This document shows, in pieces, positions 63,646 through 64,000 of a stretch of 64,000 nucleotides of DNA. Numbering within the stretch: position 1 is the first letter of the stretch; each line of letters opens with the position of its first letter. The notes under the pieces were generated by a model that saw only the letters and a list, made by a program, of their open reading frames with translations, ran no database searches and was not told the DNA's origin. The position numbers were made by a program, and so were the translations under genes. The stretch covers positions 52,266,001 through 52,330,000 of the forward strand of contig NC_043013.1 in NCBI RefSeq assembly GCF_006345805.1, written 5' to 3'. This DNA is from Octopus sinensis. Taxonomy: Eukaryota.

Positions 63646-64000
63646 GTCAGTAATGCCCTTATATGGGATGAGGGGGTGGGGACGACAGGGTGGAATTGTT
63701 GTTTGCATTTAATACACACTGACGTAAACTTTCTGTGTGTACATACACACATATACACACAGGTATGTGTTTATACATACAATACACACACAAAGTATGT
63801 ATTTATACATACATGCACAAACACACAAGCATGTATTTATACAAATATACACATACATCTACTTACACACACACACACACAGGCATGTATTTATACATAC
63901 ATGCACACAAGTATGTATTTATACATACATCTGTATTTATACATACACACACACAGGCATGTGTTTATACATATATGCACATACAGGTGTCTATTTATAC

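Noticed and set aside
63344-63712. 122-aa ORF overlapping the last exon
   Set aside because: Wrong frame; the kinase motifs are in the frame of the 69-aa ORF.

Overview
Eukaryotic, AT-rich, microsatellite-laden DNA. The repeat content points to a cephalopod, most likely Octopus (inference). The only host gene supported is a + strand doublecortin-like kinase, closest to DCLK3, with four coding exons in the window: a first DCX domain (1-379), a 1,847-bp exon with a second DCX domain, a low-complexity linker and the kinase N-lobe (57227-59073), and two kinase exons (61266-61412, 63513-63645). All three introns are GT-AG and phase-compatible. The gene runs off both ends of the window. The 56.8-kb first intron is almost entirely repeats: two tandem 5'-truncated RTE LINEs and many RTE 3' tails, at least four tRNA-headed SINE families (three insertions keep 17-18-bp TSDs), mariner, hAT, Tigger-like and Helentron-like non-autonomous DNA elements, a solo LTR, RLE-type LINE fragments and long microsatellites. 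Three observations stand out. (1) About ten minimal hammerhead-ribozyme-like motifs of the Penelope-like-element type, two with intact cores; several sit in or between long inverted repeats, suggesting a non-autonomous Penelope-derived palindromic element system. (2) The RTE 3' end is tandemly amplified at three scales (about 20 bp, 62 bp and 270-415 bp). (3) An RFX X-box/CCAAT cluster with a splice donor lies inside the intron. Most long ORFs in the supplied track are microsatellite artefacts. No databases were searched; family names come from motif recognition and need confirmation.
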